From sequence record NC_042093.1: a stretch of DNA of 64,000 nucleotides; one strand, 5' to 3'. The stretch comes from Klebsiella phage Sugarland. The notes under the pieces are model-generated. The model was given only the letters and a program-made list of their open reading frames with translations, ran no database searches and was not told the origin of the DNA. Shown in pieces: positions 63,709 to 64,000 of this stretch. How positions within the stretch are numbered: position 1 is the stretch's first letter; every line of letters begins with the position of its first letter. A program made the position numbers and the translations under genes.

Positions 63709-64000
63709 ATGAATCAAAACATTTGTCAGGATTACGAAGGACATTCGGAGGAACAATCCATTGTAGTATTTGAAGATCCAGGTAGGCAAATCCGTATGAC
63801 GGTATCCGAGTATCGAGGTAATTTATATCTAGGATTTAGGCTCTGGCTATTGGATATCCTAGATAATTGGTTTCCAACAAAATCCGGTTTTTCCTTTCCG
63901 TATACGCTAGAAACCACCTCATCTATGTTTCAAGCCTTTACGAAGATTTTAAGCAAGTCTGAGGTATTACATGAAGTGTACAAACACTCCCAAAACTCTG
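63709..64000 (+). CDS. hypothetical protein (3'-truncated by window end)
   Basis: MNQNICQDYEGHSEEQSIVVFEDPGRQIRMTVSEYRGNLYLGFRLW...; no stop before window end. Confidence 0.35.
   Translation, partial: MNQNICQDYEGHSEEQSIVVFEDPGRQIRMTVSEYRGNLYLGFRLWLLDILDNWFPTKSGFSFPYTLETTSSMFQAFTKILSKSEVLHEVYKHSQNS

Noticed and set aside
1-64000. Searched for CRISPR arrays, reverse transcriptase/DGR, integrase/attachment sites and toxin-antitoxin pairs
   Set aside because: No spacer-repeat arrays, no RT or integrase motifs and no attP-like tRNA 3' duplications were seen. The genome reads as a strictly lytic T5-like phage.

Overview
This window looks like the left ~64 kb of a T5-like (Tequintavirus-type) lytic coliphage genome. 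Positions 1-11 kb resemble the first-step-transfer / terminal-repeat region, encoding a dmp-like 5'-deoxyribonucleotidase, A1 (metallophosphoesterase motifs) and A2, all leftward. This is followed by DnaA-box inverted repeats and a dense array of short direct repeats that resemble the T5 injection-stop/terminal-repeat end. Positions 11-30 kb are a leftward early block of small genes that includes a Ser/Thr phosphatase, thioredoxin, holin plus L-Ala-D-Glu endolysin, ClpP-like protease, dNMP kinase and an embedded i-spanin/o-spanin pair. Positions 30.7-41 kb are a minus-strand tRNA cluster (about 26 tRNA or tRNA-like genes) interspersed with GIY-YIG and HNH homing endonucleases, pseudo-tRNAs and ORF-free structured segments. 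Positions 43.8-54 kb encode a SleB-like hydrolase, RNase H, thymidylate synthase, DHFR, NrdB, an HNH endonuclease, NrdA and PhoH on the minus strand. From 54.4 kb the plus strand carries NrdD, a zinc-ribbon-less Sir2 protein, two tandem paralogues, a 929-aa SF2 helicase (origin-binding-like) and several small early proteins. More than 20 near-consensus sigma70 early promoters (TTGCTA-17-TATAAT, several with the PN25-like TATAATAGATTCATAAATTTGAGAGAGGA initial transcribed region) and several intrinsic terminators are readable directly. All calls are from motif reading by eye; nothing was searched against databases.
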